A stretch of DNA of 64,000 nt from Leidyana gryllorum EB-2025a (taxonomy: Eukaryota > Protista > Apicomplexa), in NCBI GenBank assembly GCA_048772705.1, contig JBLWGC010000230.1:310001-374000 (forward strand), in the 5' to 3' direction. Positions 10,601-22,774 of the stretch are shown here, piece by piece. A program made the position numbers and the translations under genes. Within the stretch, counting starts at the first letter, position 1; the number at the start of each line of letters is the position of its first letter. The notes beneath the pieces are model-generated. The model was not told the origin of the DNA. It was given only the letters and a program-made list of their open reading frames with translations, and did not search any database.

Positions 10601-13600
10601 AACGAGTTTCGGCGAACATCCGCGAACAGCTCCTCTCCCCAATGCTGCACTGGCTCACTTCTCGACCGGATCGGAAGGGTGGCGGCAGATCAAACTGGCG
10701 AGCTCAGGTAAAAAGAGGGCTCTGCACCGTCAAATCAGTGGTCTCGGGACCCCCACCCCACTGGAAGATCTCGATGTACTGAGGAACCCAGAAGGAGCCA
10801 TCAGTGATGCGCTGAAAGGAGCCTCGAGCAAATTAACTACTTGGGACACTCATCCGAAGAGTGCTCTGTTTGCAACGTCTTTGACCGATCCGAGAATGGC
10901 CAACACCTTGTTGACTAGTTTGATAACTCAGAACTGCCACGCCAATAGTCTCAAACCCACACATCTGGTTCGGGAATATGCTTTGAGGGCAGCGCTTACT
11001 CTCTGCCGACGGCTTGTTGCAGTTTTGCCTGCCATAGGCCGACGCGCTGAGTTACCGAGCACCTTCACCGAAATGCATAGAGCCGTCTCCAGCTTGACAG
11101 GCCTCTGTGTATCGACAGGCAGCGCACTCGCCACTTCTTGTTTTGATCTTCAGAAGCACTTGAGCATCACTCTGTCTGTGTACGCTCCCGGAGCCACCAG
11201 AAGACGCACCAGTACTCAGCGAGCTTCTATCGCGGCCGCCGCCGCCGCAGCAGCTGGGAGTACTTGTGTTCGGAGACGGAAGAGTGTCGACGCAGAATCG
11301 GACCCAAAAAGCAATGTGCGGATGTTACCTCCACTATTACCCGCCCCGGCGCCGATATGGGTGCAGAACTTCTGCGATGTCAACACCAACTTGACCAGTC
11401 GCTTCTCAACAGTGGCTGACATCAACGTTATGCTCTGGAGCAATCCTCAGCTTTCCGCCCCCGTGGGGACCATCGTGTCGTCTTGCATCCCCATCCCGAT
11501 GGGACGGCCCACACTCTGGAGAGCGGTGTTGCCGAGCACTGGGAGTTATCAGTTGTCTCTGCTGTCTGGTGATCGCTTGTTGGCGATATCGATTGGGCGG
11601 GAAAAGATTGACAGCTGGAACAGTCAAAGTGTGGTGACCATTGACAATCGAAGCGTCACTCCCGGTCAGATACACAGCCCAACGATGTTTGCTGATGCAG
11701 ACAGGGGTCCTGGGCGGGCTCGCCTCGAAGGCAAGAGATACGATCACGCGTTTGGCACTCGTAGTGTCAACATTTGTATCACTCCACACCTCGCCCGGCG
11801 GGCAGTGGTCATGCGGATCGAGGATGACGCAGTTGTAATCCCGGTCGGTTGTATACCGTTGAGGACAGCACACCTGGAGCAACAGGACACCTCGGTTCTG
11901 AAAACAGCGTTAGAGTTTGACGACATACCGTCAAAGCGTCTGCAACGGCGGCTCAAGCGATATCTTGAGTACATAGGCCATAAGGGGCCGTCGAGTGAGG
12001 TGGCTAGTAGAAGAGGAGCGATGAGCGTTATGGGCGAACTCCGTTTGTCTGTGATTGCTCACTCTGTGGCAGCTGATGCGGCATCGCTACTCCTCCACAA
12101 GGCTACCGATGTGGAAAGACTGCCCGAATGGGGCTTCAACTTGGCTAAACATCCCACTCGAGGTCCCCGAGACTGCGCGAAGCAATTATATCGTGACGAC
12201 TGGTTGGAAGATCCATGGGTTGAGGTTCCAATAGCTCGAATCCCAATTCAGAATCCGTTGCCTATATCCCCAATCTTCCCTTCGGATCTGCCGAAAGTGG
12301 GCAATTCGCGAATTCGGAATGTACCGGCTATGATCTATCAGTCTCCCGGTTTCAACTTTGATAGTTTGCGGAGCTCGCCTCCTTCTTCGGGGGCGGAGCT
12401 CATGCGTTTGGGTTTGGTGGACGAGGAGGCAACACTAACTTCCATCTCAGAGGTCAATAATGCAATACTGACTCGGCAGGTCGTTAGCGATGCGGTTTTC
12501 GATGCCTCAGTTACGGCTGTCCGGGAGGAACTTGCGAATGTATTGCAGAGTTATCGTGACACTAATGCCAAGCACGTAGTCGACAAGTTTGTCAATGATT
12601 GGCTGACACAGTTGGGGAAGAGCATTAAGAGTTTCGCTACTGACTTTTACGGACTGTATTATCTCTTCCGTCCGGACGAGCCGCCTGACCCTGCCGTCTC
12701 TCTGACTCGAGAGAATCGCATGAGATGGGCCTACAGCAAACTTGTCGCTTTGCTGCGAGCATTCGCTCAAACTCCAACAGACCGCGTCCTCACACCCTTC
12801 GTGTTGCTCAATCCCCATAACCCCGCCAGAGACGTCGAATCCACTGAGCCTCCCACGGAACAGAAGGTGCCCGACCGAAGATTAGATCCCTTATCGTACG
12901 GAGATCACATGCTGAGTGCGGCGAGTGGATACCAACCCTCTGCTGCGTGGGCCGGAAAGCTCATTGGCGAAGATGTCAGATTGGAGGAGAGATACGCCAT
13001 GGCTCGTCAGGGCGCTCGTGATCTCGTCCATCTGTTCGTCAAGTCACAGAGTGCCACTGAGGTGTCAAAGATCATAAACGGTCTGTGGCAGACCTATCTG
13101 TACATCCTGCGAGCGGCTGAGAATGACACGAACAATCAGGCGAGTAAGCCGAGGGATCACCTGGAAGGCCGCGTTCTGAGGCTCCAAGTGATCAATCTGA
13201 CTTTGTCTCTGGTAACACAGTTTGAGGATCACGCGCGGGATCTGAAGGTCAATCTCCTGGTGCACACAGATCGCAAGAATTACTCGCTCCAAGACAGACG
13301 TTTTGCCACCACTGTCATCAAACTGCACGAAGACTTCCTGGCAGCTCTCGTCAACAAGGCGGAACCCTTCTTGCCTGGAACCAACGCGAACCTTCGAGCT
13401 TGCGAAAGAGGAATTCGAAGTGTGGAGTACGAGAAGTACTATGATTTCGATGTCTGGACCGGAGCGGCCATGGAGGCTACAGAGACTCTCAAAACATTCT
13501 ATGGACGACTCTGGTTTGCCTTCCAAACACTACCGGATCTCGGGACTCCGCACATCGACAAACCCAAAGGGTGCTCCGCTTACAAAATTGAGGGCACCCC

Positions 13601-16600
13601 GGTGGACAAGATTAGCAGTCCCATCCCGTTCGATGACTTGGAGGCGTGCAAACTCCCTCCCGACTTGGCATCAGAGCTCAAGCGGTCTATGAGGGGCGAT
13701 CGACGGAAGCGTGTGCGACACAGTCAGAAGCAGTCCGCCACTGAGGTGATGGAAGAAGAGAGAGTAATTGAAGACCCGGAAGTCATCACCGTGAGGGAAT
13801 TGGCGGCCCAGGTGTTGGCTGATGAGAGCAGTCAGGACGCCAACGGTAGTGGTAGTGAAGACGAGAGAGATGAGGTGGAGGATACCATGCGAATGGCTGT
13901 AAAGCTGGCGACCCCCGGTGCGTCAAGGAGAATCTCGTCCCGATACTATGTGTCCGACACCTTTTTGGGCGAGCGTGGGTTCCAACCTACCATTGGACCC
14001 GGAAACAATCTGTTGGACAGCAGTGCATATGACGACTTTTCTCCAGACGAGACACCCGCGGTTTATCGTGACACCGAGTGGCTGCGAAAGTTGGTTAACG
14101 GTCGGGAGAAGAATTCACAGAAGCAAACGGAGGTTGTAAAGTTCTTGGAACTCAAAGACTATCAAAGCGATATGGAGGTCGACAAGGATCGTATCTACGT
14201 GTATCAAAAGATCGAGGAGCAACGTCGGAAACAGAAGAAGACGCCAACGGCTCAGTCTTCTTCAAACACTCCAAGCGGTGGCCATGGTGGTCCTCCAGCC
14301 ACCGACCTTCAACAAGCGCATCCTGCCGATACTCATCCTCGAGACAATCATCCACCTGATGAGAGTGAGGACGCCATTTTCGAGGTTGTAGCCTTGAATC
14401 GCTTGGCGACACGCTCAGATTCAGCGGGGTCGACCTCCAGCTCGAGCGTCGAAACGCATACTGTTCGCTTCTCCAGAGGTCTCACTCCTCGCACCACATC
14501 CACATCGACCCGTGGGAGATCGCGGCCTTCCACTCCCGCGCGACCACGAGCCAGCAGCTGGACTCGCAGTGTGGCGCACAGAGACTCCTTACCCACCAAT
14601 CGTAGAAGACATTCCGAGACGCATTTGAGGAGACAGCCTCCCACCACCACCACAGTCAGATTCCGACCTCGGAGACGCGCGGTCGTCCGTGCTCGTAGTA
14701 ACGAGAGTCCGGAGGAGAGGTTGGGGATCCGTATGAATGTCGACGGGGAGACAGAGTTTTGGGATCCGGTCAAACCGTTCACACCACCGAATGTGATTAG
14801 AGCCGGAGTCTATCACTGGCACCCACTCTTTGTCAACGGCGTCCTGCTCCGGGAACTTGGACAAGGAGGCACCCAGTCTGGGGCGGCGATACAGGTTGGC
14901 GGGTCGAGATGGGCCTCGGGAGGTGTTAGCGATCTCAAACCGCTCAAACGATCAGTGACTCGCGACAACTCGATGACAGCCGCTCGAATTGCCCAAGCTT
15001 TCGATGAAGATCTCTTGCGAGAGTTCGAGGCCGATCTCGTTTACTCGTCTTGTGACGAAGAGGGGCCGTACACTTTTTCTCAGTCCAAAGTCGCCACCTG
15101 TCCCTCCAATCATCAACTCGTTCGGAATCTCGCGCAGACCCGTTCTTGGGTTTGTGATGCGTTCACCGAGAATTGTTTGGCGGACAAATATGGATTCGAC
15201 ATCTACAAGAATCCCAGGTGGTCGTGCGAGTGCTGTGATATCGATTACTGTGGTGTGTGCTACGCTCTCATGGTCGAAAAGGCCTGGCGAGGATGGGTGA
15301 ACAAACAAGGCTGGGCCAGACGCGATGTTAGAGGTTTACAGGGCGGACGAGACATGTTCATGGGAGGCGCCTGGTGGCACATCCCAGCTGTTGATGTCAA
15401 ACATATCACCGACGAAATCGCCCTCACTTCGCTTAAGGACTACCGCGATCTCGTGTTCAGACGCGGGAATTCCGATGAGGCCCGAGGTGTTGAGGGATGG
15501 CTTCGAAAGATGGCAGCACGGGCTGCAGATGTAAATCACGACTATGTGGTCAAGATCTTACATTTGTTCCAACAGCGCACCCGTGTGTTCAATGAGACGA
15601 CTCGATTGCTTCAGGGGCGGTGGATCGCTCTGCAACAATGGCAATTGGGACTGCTCAGTCAGAACATTGTCCTGTCATACTATCAAACCGCGCCGGAACA
15701 CCTTCACGCCCAGTCCCTCCTTAACTTGGAGACATGGAGTGTCGGCAGACCTTCGATCTCAAAGATTACGGGAGACATTGTTGTCCGAGCTGCTGTAAGA
15801 GAGCTGGAAGAGAGGAAGGGTGGTGAACTGGTCACCGCTGTAAGCAATGGGATGGCAAGTCTGATTTCTAGATGGTCCATACTCAAGAAAGTGTGTGACT
15901 GGCGTCTCCATCGCTCACTGCTGCTGGAGGAGTTGGAAGCTACGGCTGAGAGTCTGCTGAAGGGTAAATGTACAGAGCTGACTGCAGAAGCGGTGGCAGC
16001 CAAAGTGAGGAGTGCGCTGACCTCCGAGCCAAAGTTAGTCTTTGACTTCCACCAGTCCGAGAAGACGCCAGACAATTCTGACACAGAAGTGCTGGACGGG
16101 ACTGTATTGGCAAACCTGTTCACAGAGGGAGAGATTGAAGAAGAAGAAGAAGTGGTGGAAGCCGTCGAAGTCAGCGAAGAGCTCAGGGCATTCTTAACAA
16201 TGATTGGCAGTCATCCTTCTATGATCGAACTGAAGGACGAGATCAAAAAGTTAAGAAAACTCGTGGAAGATCCGACCTATGACTGGATGACAGCCACAGT
16301 GTTGGCCGCAGAGGGGTCCCAGAGAAGCTGCGGATCTTTCAAACGATACTCCGGCTACTTCAGTGATATCGGACGCAGTATTCCAACTTGGCTGTTTGCT
16401 CTTTCGACGAACGACAGATGGCCCCGAACAGACGTTGGATATCTCGAGTTGTCGACGGCGCCGAACACTCCGACTAATGACATTAGCAAAGACGAGGCGG
16501 ATCGGTTCCATTCTCCCGACAATGTCAGCAAAATGGTGTCGGTGACGCCGACTGCTGCTGCCCATCCTGAGCTTGAGGAAGGAGACTCATTCGCGACTCC

Positions 16601-19600
16601 CCAACCAGAGGTCCGGAAATCGAGTAACACCAAATCCGCTGACGCTTCGGAAGCCGAATGCCCGTCAGAGACGAATTGGCAGAGGAGTTTCCAGCGGCGG
16701 TTGCCTTTGACGGCTGTGAGTCGAGATGCATACGACCAAAACTACGAGACGATGTATCACAAGCTTCGTGCCATCATACGGGGAGAGCGCCGATTCCTCA
16801 AATTCAATTGGGTCCGAATCCAAGATGGTGGAGTGCAGTCTCCCGAGCACTGTGGCATACTGTTCGGGACAGCGTCGAGTGAACAAACGATACATTCTCA
16901 TGTCCATGGCTTCCCGACTACAATTCGGGCGCTGGATACCTCTGAGTACGAGAAATTGGTTCGAATCTCAGCGAGTAGCGACGAGACTCTGGATCTCGGC
17001 ATGGACGGATGGAAACTGATGGACAGCAACGTCAAGAAGCCGCTGTTGCAGGGTTTGCATACAAGTTTGTTGAGTTGGTGGTTGGAAGACGTTATCCGTC
17101 ATCCCCTGGCTATCCGTTCAGGTCTGGCAGAGAGGGCAATCCGCAAAGTGCTAAAGGACGGGGAACTGTTGAAGATGATTCACCTAAATCCGGAAGTCGG
17201 TGCTATACTGAGTCAAGAGTCCTGGCTGTACTGCCTCGATCGTGTGCTCTATACAGCGATGCAACTGGAACTGATCAATAGTGCACGAGCACCTGTGATG
17301 GCCAATCACCGTCTGCTGAAGAAGAGCATTGCTTTCGAGATGCTGCGCAATATAATGAAAATCGGCTCGAGTTATATGGTGATAACCACCTTCTCGCTGG
17401 AGCGAGAGAGGATACATCAGATTGGTCAAGTTGAGGCTGTGCCCCTTACGGGGCTGATCTGGCGGCTGTACAGTCGCGTGATGCTCTTATGTATAGAATC
17501 TGGATGGATCACAGAGAAACAGGTCGGCGCAATATCCAAACTCGTCATGGAGTTGGAAGCACTCAACCACTCGGAACACGACCCGCTTTCGGATCGCATC
17601 CACACTATGCACACCTGCGTCAGTCTCATGTATTGGCTCAATGCTCTGATTCCAGTGCTGGTGCAATTGAGATCAATGGAGATGATCAATGCAAAATCCA
17701 CGCGGGTGTGTGCTGATCAATATGCCGACAGACTTCCGGCGACGAGTATTGCCAAACTGAGTTACAAAGACCCTTCCTCTGGCTGGACAACGACGCCACT
17801 GCACATATCTCCGGTGCTCTCGCGAGCTTCTGACAAACCTCTCTGTTTCCGCACCTTTGACGGCCATCCAGCTTATAACCCAGCCGAGGGTCCCGTGCTG
17901 ATCAATTTCTCACCACAAATACGACATGGGTTCCTCAAAGAAATGGAGGGGTTAGTGCCGGGAAGGAGGCGTATACACCTCTCGCGCGCCTGTCCTAATC
18001 GAGTGTATGTGCGGCCCGAGTCTGGAAGTATCCATTTCCGACTCGATTCCTTCGCAAAAACGGCAACTTGGAGCAAAAACTGTTGTGTTCACGCATCCAT
18101 TCCGGCAGAAGTGTGGAACAGCCTGAAGCCAGGAGAAGGTTCCATAACGGTCACGGTTACGGCATCGTTGCCACCCAATATGGAGGAAGATCCCGCCTTC
18201 CAGACCATTCGAGACACGTTGAATGAGCTTCCGACAACATCACTGAAGCTGCACCATGAGATGTGGCGACCGAGTGATGGGGACACATTACAATCCTACA
18301 AGTGGAAGTTGTTCGATGATCGCGCACTGACTAAACAGGAAGAACAGGCGTTGGTGGACGAGGGAATTGTTGAAGCCCGCAATCCCTTCTTCTCGGAGGC
18401 CTGGCCCACAGCTCCCCCTCCACCGTCGGTTCCAGCGTTCAAGTTCGCCGATGAGAAGGACAATGTTCGCTGCACAGTGGAAGTTGAGCCCTATCGCAAT
18501 CGAATCTGTCTCAAAGTGATGCAGTTATCCAGCGACGCTCTTCGAGAGCATCGATGTCTCACACCGGAAAATCTCCCCGCCAGAGACGAACCTGCAGAGA
18601 ACTCGGGCACAAGCCCCAACATCTCCACGAGCCACCGCTATGAGAGTACACTCTTCACACAGGCCCCCGCCTGCAAGTTCGACACCTCCTCACTTTTGAT
18701 CAGTGATCGGATCAGATCGAGTATCGGGCTATTGCTCCGCTACAAAGTCAGTGTCCAGTTCCAAGTGAACCACAGCCAAATGCCAATGTCCGAGTTGGTC
18801 AAGTTCAAATCTGCAGCTTGCAGTATACAATCAGGGATACCCGGCACATTGGTTTTGCTCCCAGATCACGATCTGACAGTCGAAAGAGGCCTGGATATGC
18901 TCTGCACCTCCGCGTCTCAGTGTGCGTGGAAGGGAGAGGAGGACCAGAGATGGGGAGTCGATTTGCGGTTGGTCAATCTGTTCAATGACTTTGTCGTCAG
19001 TAATCAGGAAGACTTTAAGCAAGTCTGGACCACCCAAGCCCGATCCATGTTCGACCCTCCGTACTCCATACGGAATACCACCTGTACTGACCCCGTCATA
19101 TCCGCCAGTCGCCCAGCTAAAGACCCGCAAGCGACCTTCAAGGGACTATCTGGAAGTGCTCAGGTCTCGGAGACCGCGGCCCCGACGGAAGTTAGCCCGG
19201 AGGAGGTCGCTGCCGAAGTGCCACCAACAGGGGATTCCAGCGAAGTGCCACCAACAGTGGACTCCAGCGAAGTGCCACCAACAGTGGACTCCAGCGAGAG
19301 ACCCGAGAACCCCGCTGCAGACGGCCCTCAACGGTCCTGCGAGGCGGTAGTCATTGAGTCCTCGGAGGGTGAGCACCAAACTTCTGCGCCCAGTGAAGTC
19401 CCAGAAACTGAGACTGAGCACACTCGTGTCCCTGGCCTCCGGTTGTCGGTGGTCCCGCAGCTCGAACTCTCGTCAGAACAAGATGACGACCAACATGCTG
19501 ACTGTCAGAACTCCATCTCGTTTGTATCAACGCCTCAACAGTATCTCTCACCTCGAGAGCAACCAGAGGAGGACGGAGGCGATACAGTGTTGCCGTGTGA

Positions 19601-22600
19601 GGCCGAGGCGTCCACACCGATTCCTGCTGCCCCTCTCTATTTTGACAGCAAAGAGGACGATTGTCCTTCCTCCGAGGGGGATGATGCCGAGAGTAACGCG
19701 ATGCAATTTGTCGACACTTACCAACCGGATGCTCTCCTCTTTGGCGGAGAAGAATCAGCCGATATGATAGCGTCTCAACTGGACTACCTGCTGAATCCAA
19801 CTCAGGAGAATCCCGCAGTCTCGGCTCATCACTCGTCGTCCAGTAGCGACTCTGACGACTCGCAGCAGGAGAGGGACTCGAACGACAACGGCACGAGATT
19901 TGGGTCGTCGGACGACAGCAGTGACGAGGACGACGAGGACGACGATGACAGTGATGGTTCACGGGGTTGGAGAGGCCGACAATTGCCAAACGATCTCTTG
20001 AAAATCACAGAGTCGTTCGTCAAAAACGTGTTGGGATGTGCAGCAGCTGTTCACGAGACGCCCGCCCCCATAGAAGAACTGCTTAAGCGTTGGAGAAACA
20101 CGCTGGGATTCACTCACCAGGAGGATCTGGTGAAATACATTTGGGATCAGCTCCGGTCTATTCATAACTTGTTGTTTGGATTGATGCAAATCCAACAACT
20201 GGAAACTGTGAGTGGACTGATACCTCCGATGCCGTGGAGTTTGGTCCAATACGGCCCTCAACTGCGCGAGCAGTACTCCATGATATCCGACTGGGTCGAA
20301 GGTCAACAATTTGGAACAGAGCAGGATACATTCAAGTACAGGACTCTGAATCACAAAGCAGTCCACTATGGGGGAGAGTACGTCCGGAGTGTCTATGCAG
20401 ACACTATGGGCGTGCCAATGGTTGCCGGGCACCACGCCCACGCTATCAGCCGAGTGATCCATCGTATTTGGGAAGAGGACGACGCAGGACTCTGGAAGGA
20501 GGGCGGAAGTGTGGATGCTGAGGACCCCGTCTGGCGCGTTTGGGAAGTCACAGAGAGGATACTCAAATGTTCCGACCTCCACCGTAATCTGGTGGACTCG
20601 AAAACTCGACAAACATTGTTGACCTCTCCAATATTATGGCGGACCACCATGGCCCGACTACACGGCCTTCTCCAGCCGGCTTACCACGGCCAGATGCGTT
20701 GTGCTGAGAGTTTCTGGCTCCCTGTGGCGCTGGATGCTCAGCGGCCACCGATCGTTGACAGGACGAGTGAGACGGCCCAGGCATTGCTGGGCTCTCACGG
20801 AAGAGAGCTATCCCGAGTCCAACAACAGAGGGCGTTACATGTTATGTGGCAGATAGAGAAGCTGGCGGTGAAGAGTTATAATGAAGCGTTCCATCAGCGA
20901 AGCGGCTACGCACGAGTGTTGGCGTTCCCCGGCTCGCATCCCTACAACGACAGCGATCTGAAGAACATTGGACCTCTCATCATTGCTGTCGACCGCCGTC
21001 TCGCTTTGGCGAGTCCCGGAAAAAAGAGAGTAAGTGCACTCACAATTCACGTCGTGCTGTTCATTGATCTTCTTCTCCTGTCCAGAAGAGTGTGATGGGT
21101 CAGTTGGTCGTGTCTCTGCGGTTACTCTGGAACCAAAGGGACATTATCGCTTGGAAGAGACCCTTCGTGATAATTCTGTGGAACGAGGGCGCTCACGATC
21201 TTGGAGGCCCCTATCTTGACGCAGTAAACGACGCTGTCAGTTTCGTGTCAACGGAGTACTTCGTTCCCAATGCGAACGCTACGGCTGAAGTTGCCTTCCA
21301 CCGGGAAGTGTTGGTATTCAACCACTCATTGGCGCGGAGAATGGACGAGTTTTGGCTCCATCATCACTACAGTCCTCACCGCGATCACTCTCTCCGTCTT
21401 GATCTAAGGGATGCAGATGCTCTGTTGGCGGGTTTGGTCCAATTCAAGAAGGGAAAGGCGCAGCAATGGGACGACGATCGCTATCATTGCATTACACAGC
21501 TTCGTCTGGAGCAGTTCCCCGAAGACTTGATGGACGACGTGTTGATCCTGGAGGGCTTTGGTGTGCTGCTGGCGACAGCGGGTCCTCATGGGTACCCGGT
21601 TGACTTGAGTTTATCGCCTATTCTGTGGCGGATACTGGAGGGATCATTGCCGACCTGGGAGGACATGTCGCCTTTAGACTACTATCTAACTTGTCTGGAG
21701 AACATGTGGGTCAAATTGATGGACGCGAAGCGTAACGGTCCCAAGGAAGGAGAAGAGCCCAGTGCAGTCAAAGCCATGTGGGAGGAAAGTACTCTGGACT
21801 TCACCAATCCACCGCGACCCGAAGCTTTCCCACTGTTCACGGACAACGAGGCCAAGTCCCTCTCCGCACTTTTTGCCGTACTAAAGAAGATTGAGGCCTC
21901 GACAGACGGTGACGGTGCAGAAAACATCTCCCCCTCGAATTCTATCTTCCCCCCCGACGATGAAGAGTTGGCGTCTCTGGCGTCGATTTGCGATCTAACG
22001 GTGGACGAGATTCGTCGAGCAATGAGCTCTTTCCCGAGAGACAAACGAATGGAGATGAAACAAACCCTAATCGACCTCTACATGGACGGGGCCAAGGCGA
22101 CTTACACACATCGCGGACTGATTCCTTGGGTGATAATTTCCAGAGGTTTCTTCAGGATTATTCATCCATCTGCGTTCCAATTGCATTTGCGGGCGGCAGA
22201 CATTGAGACTTTGTGCTGCGGCGTCCCAACCATTGATGTCGAATTGCTCAAGGTGAGTTGGGACTGTCGAGTGGCTGTGTGCGTGTGAATATTTGTATCG
22301 CTCTCTGCAGAAACATACGAAGGTTTTGTGGTGTGTCCACTCAGACCGCGAAGAGCAGCTGATAAAATGGCTATGGGAAGAAGTGACGGCAATGAGCGAT
22401 GACATGCGGAAGCTGTATGTGCGTTTCGTGAGTGGGTTGAGTCGCGTGCCACCATCGTGGACTTCGAATACGGACAATAATTCTTTCAATTTCGAGATCA
22501 AAGTCGTGAGGTGAGTTTGGGTGCAGTTGCAGAGTTGAGGATGTGATGGTGTTATGCAGCGCAAGTGAGATCATGGGAGATGATGACAATGCCAACAAGA

Positions 22601-22734
22601 AGGTGGACGAAGTGTTGCCTATGGCTACGACTTGCTTCCGCTCTCTGAAGCTTCCTCTCTACACGTCGCGTGAAGTGCTGGGAGAGCGTCTGAGGACAGC
22701 AATTACGAGTTGTGCTGATATTGACTTGGACTGA
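4629..22734 (+). CDS. Giant HECT E3 ubiquitin ligase (~5,900 aa; SPRY-like domain, ZZ-like Zn finger, HERC2-type HECT)
   Basis: ORFs join in phase through GT-AG introns 5532-5575, 8201-8258, 8394-8441, 21030-21085, 22253-22310 and 22511-22559 (possibly also 5361-5405). HECT motifs EGAHDLGGPY, RFVSGLSRVP, catalytic LPMATTCFRSLKLPLY, C-terminus SCADIDLD. SPRY-like at ~5930-6430; Cys cluster at ~15097-15261. Confidence 0.88.
19215..19295 (+). repeat. 3 x 27-bp coding tandem repeat (EVPPT[GV]DSS)
   Basis: gaagtgccaccaacag(g/t)gga(t/c)tccagc repeated three times inside the HECT gene. Confidence 0.9.
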
Positions 22735-22774
22735 CGGTAGGGGATTTATTTGGTTTTTTTGGGCCATCGAAATT

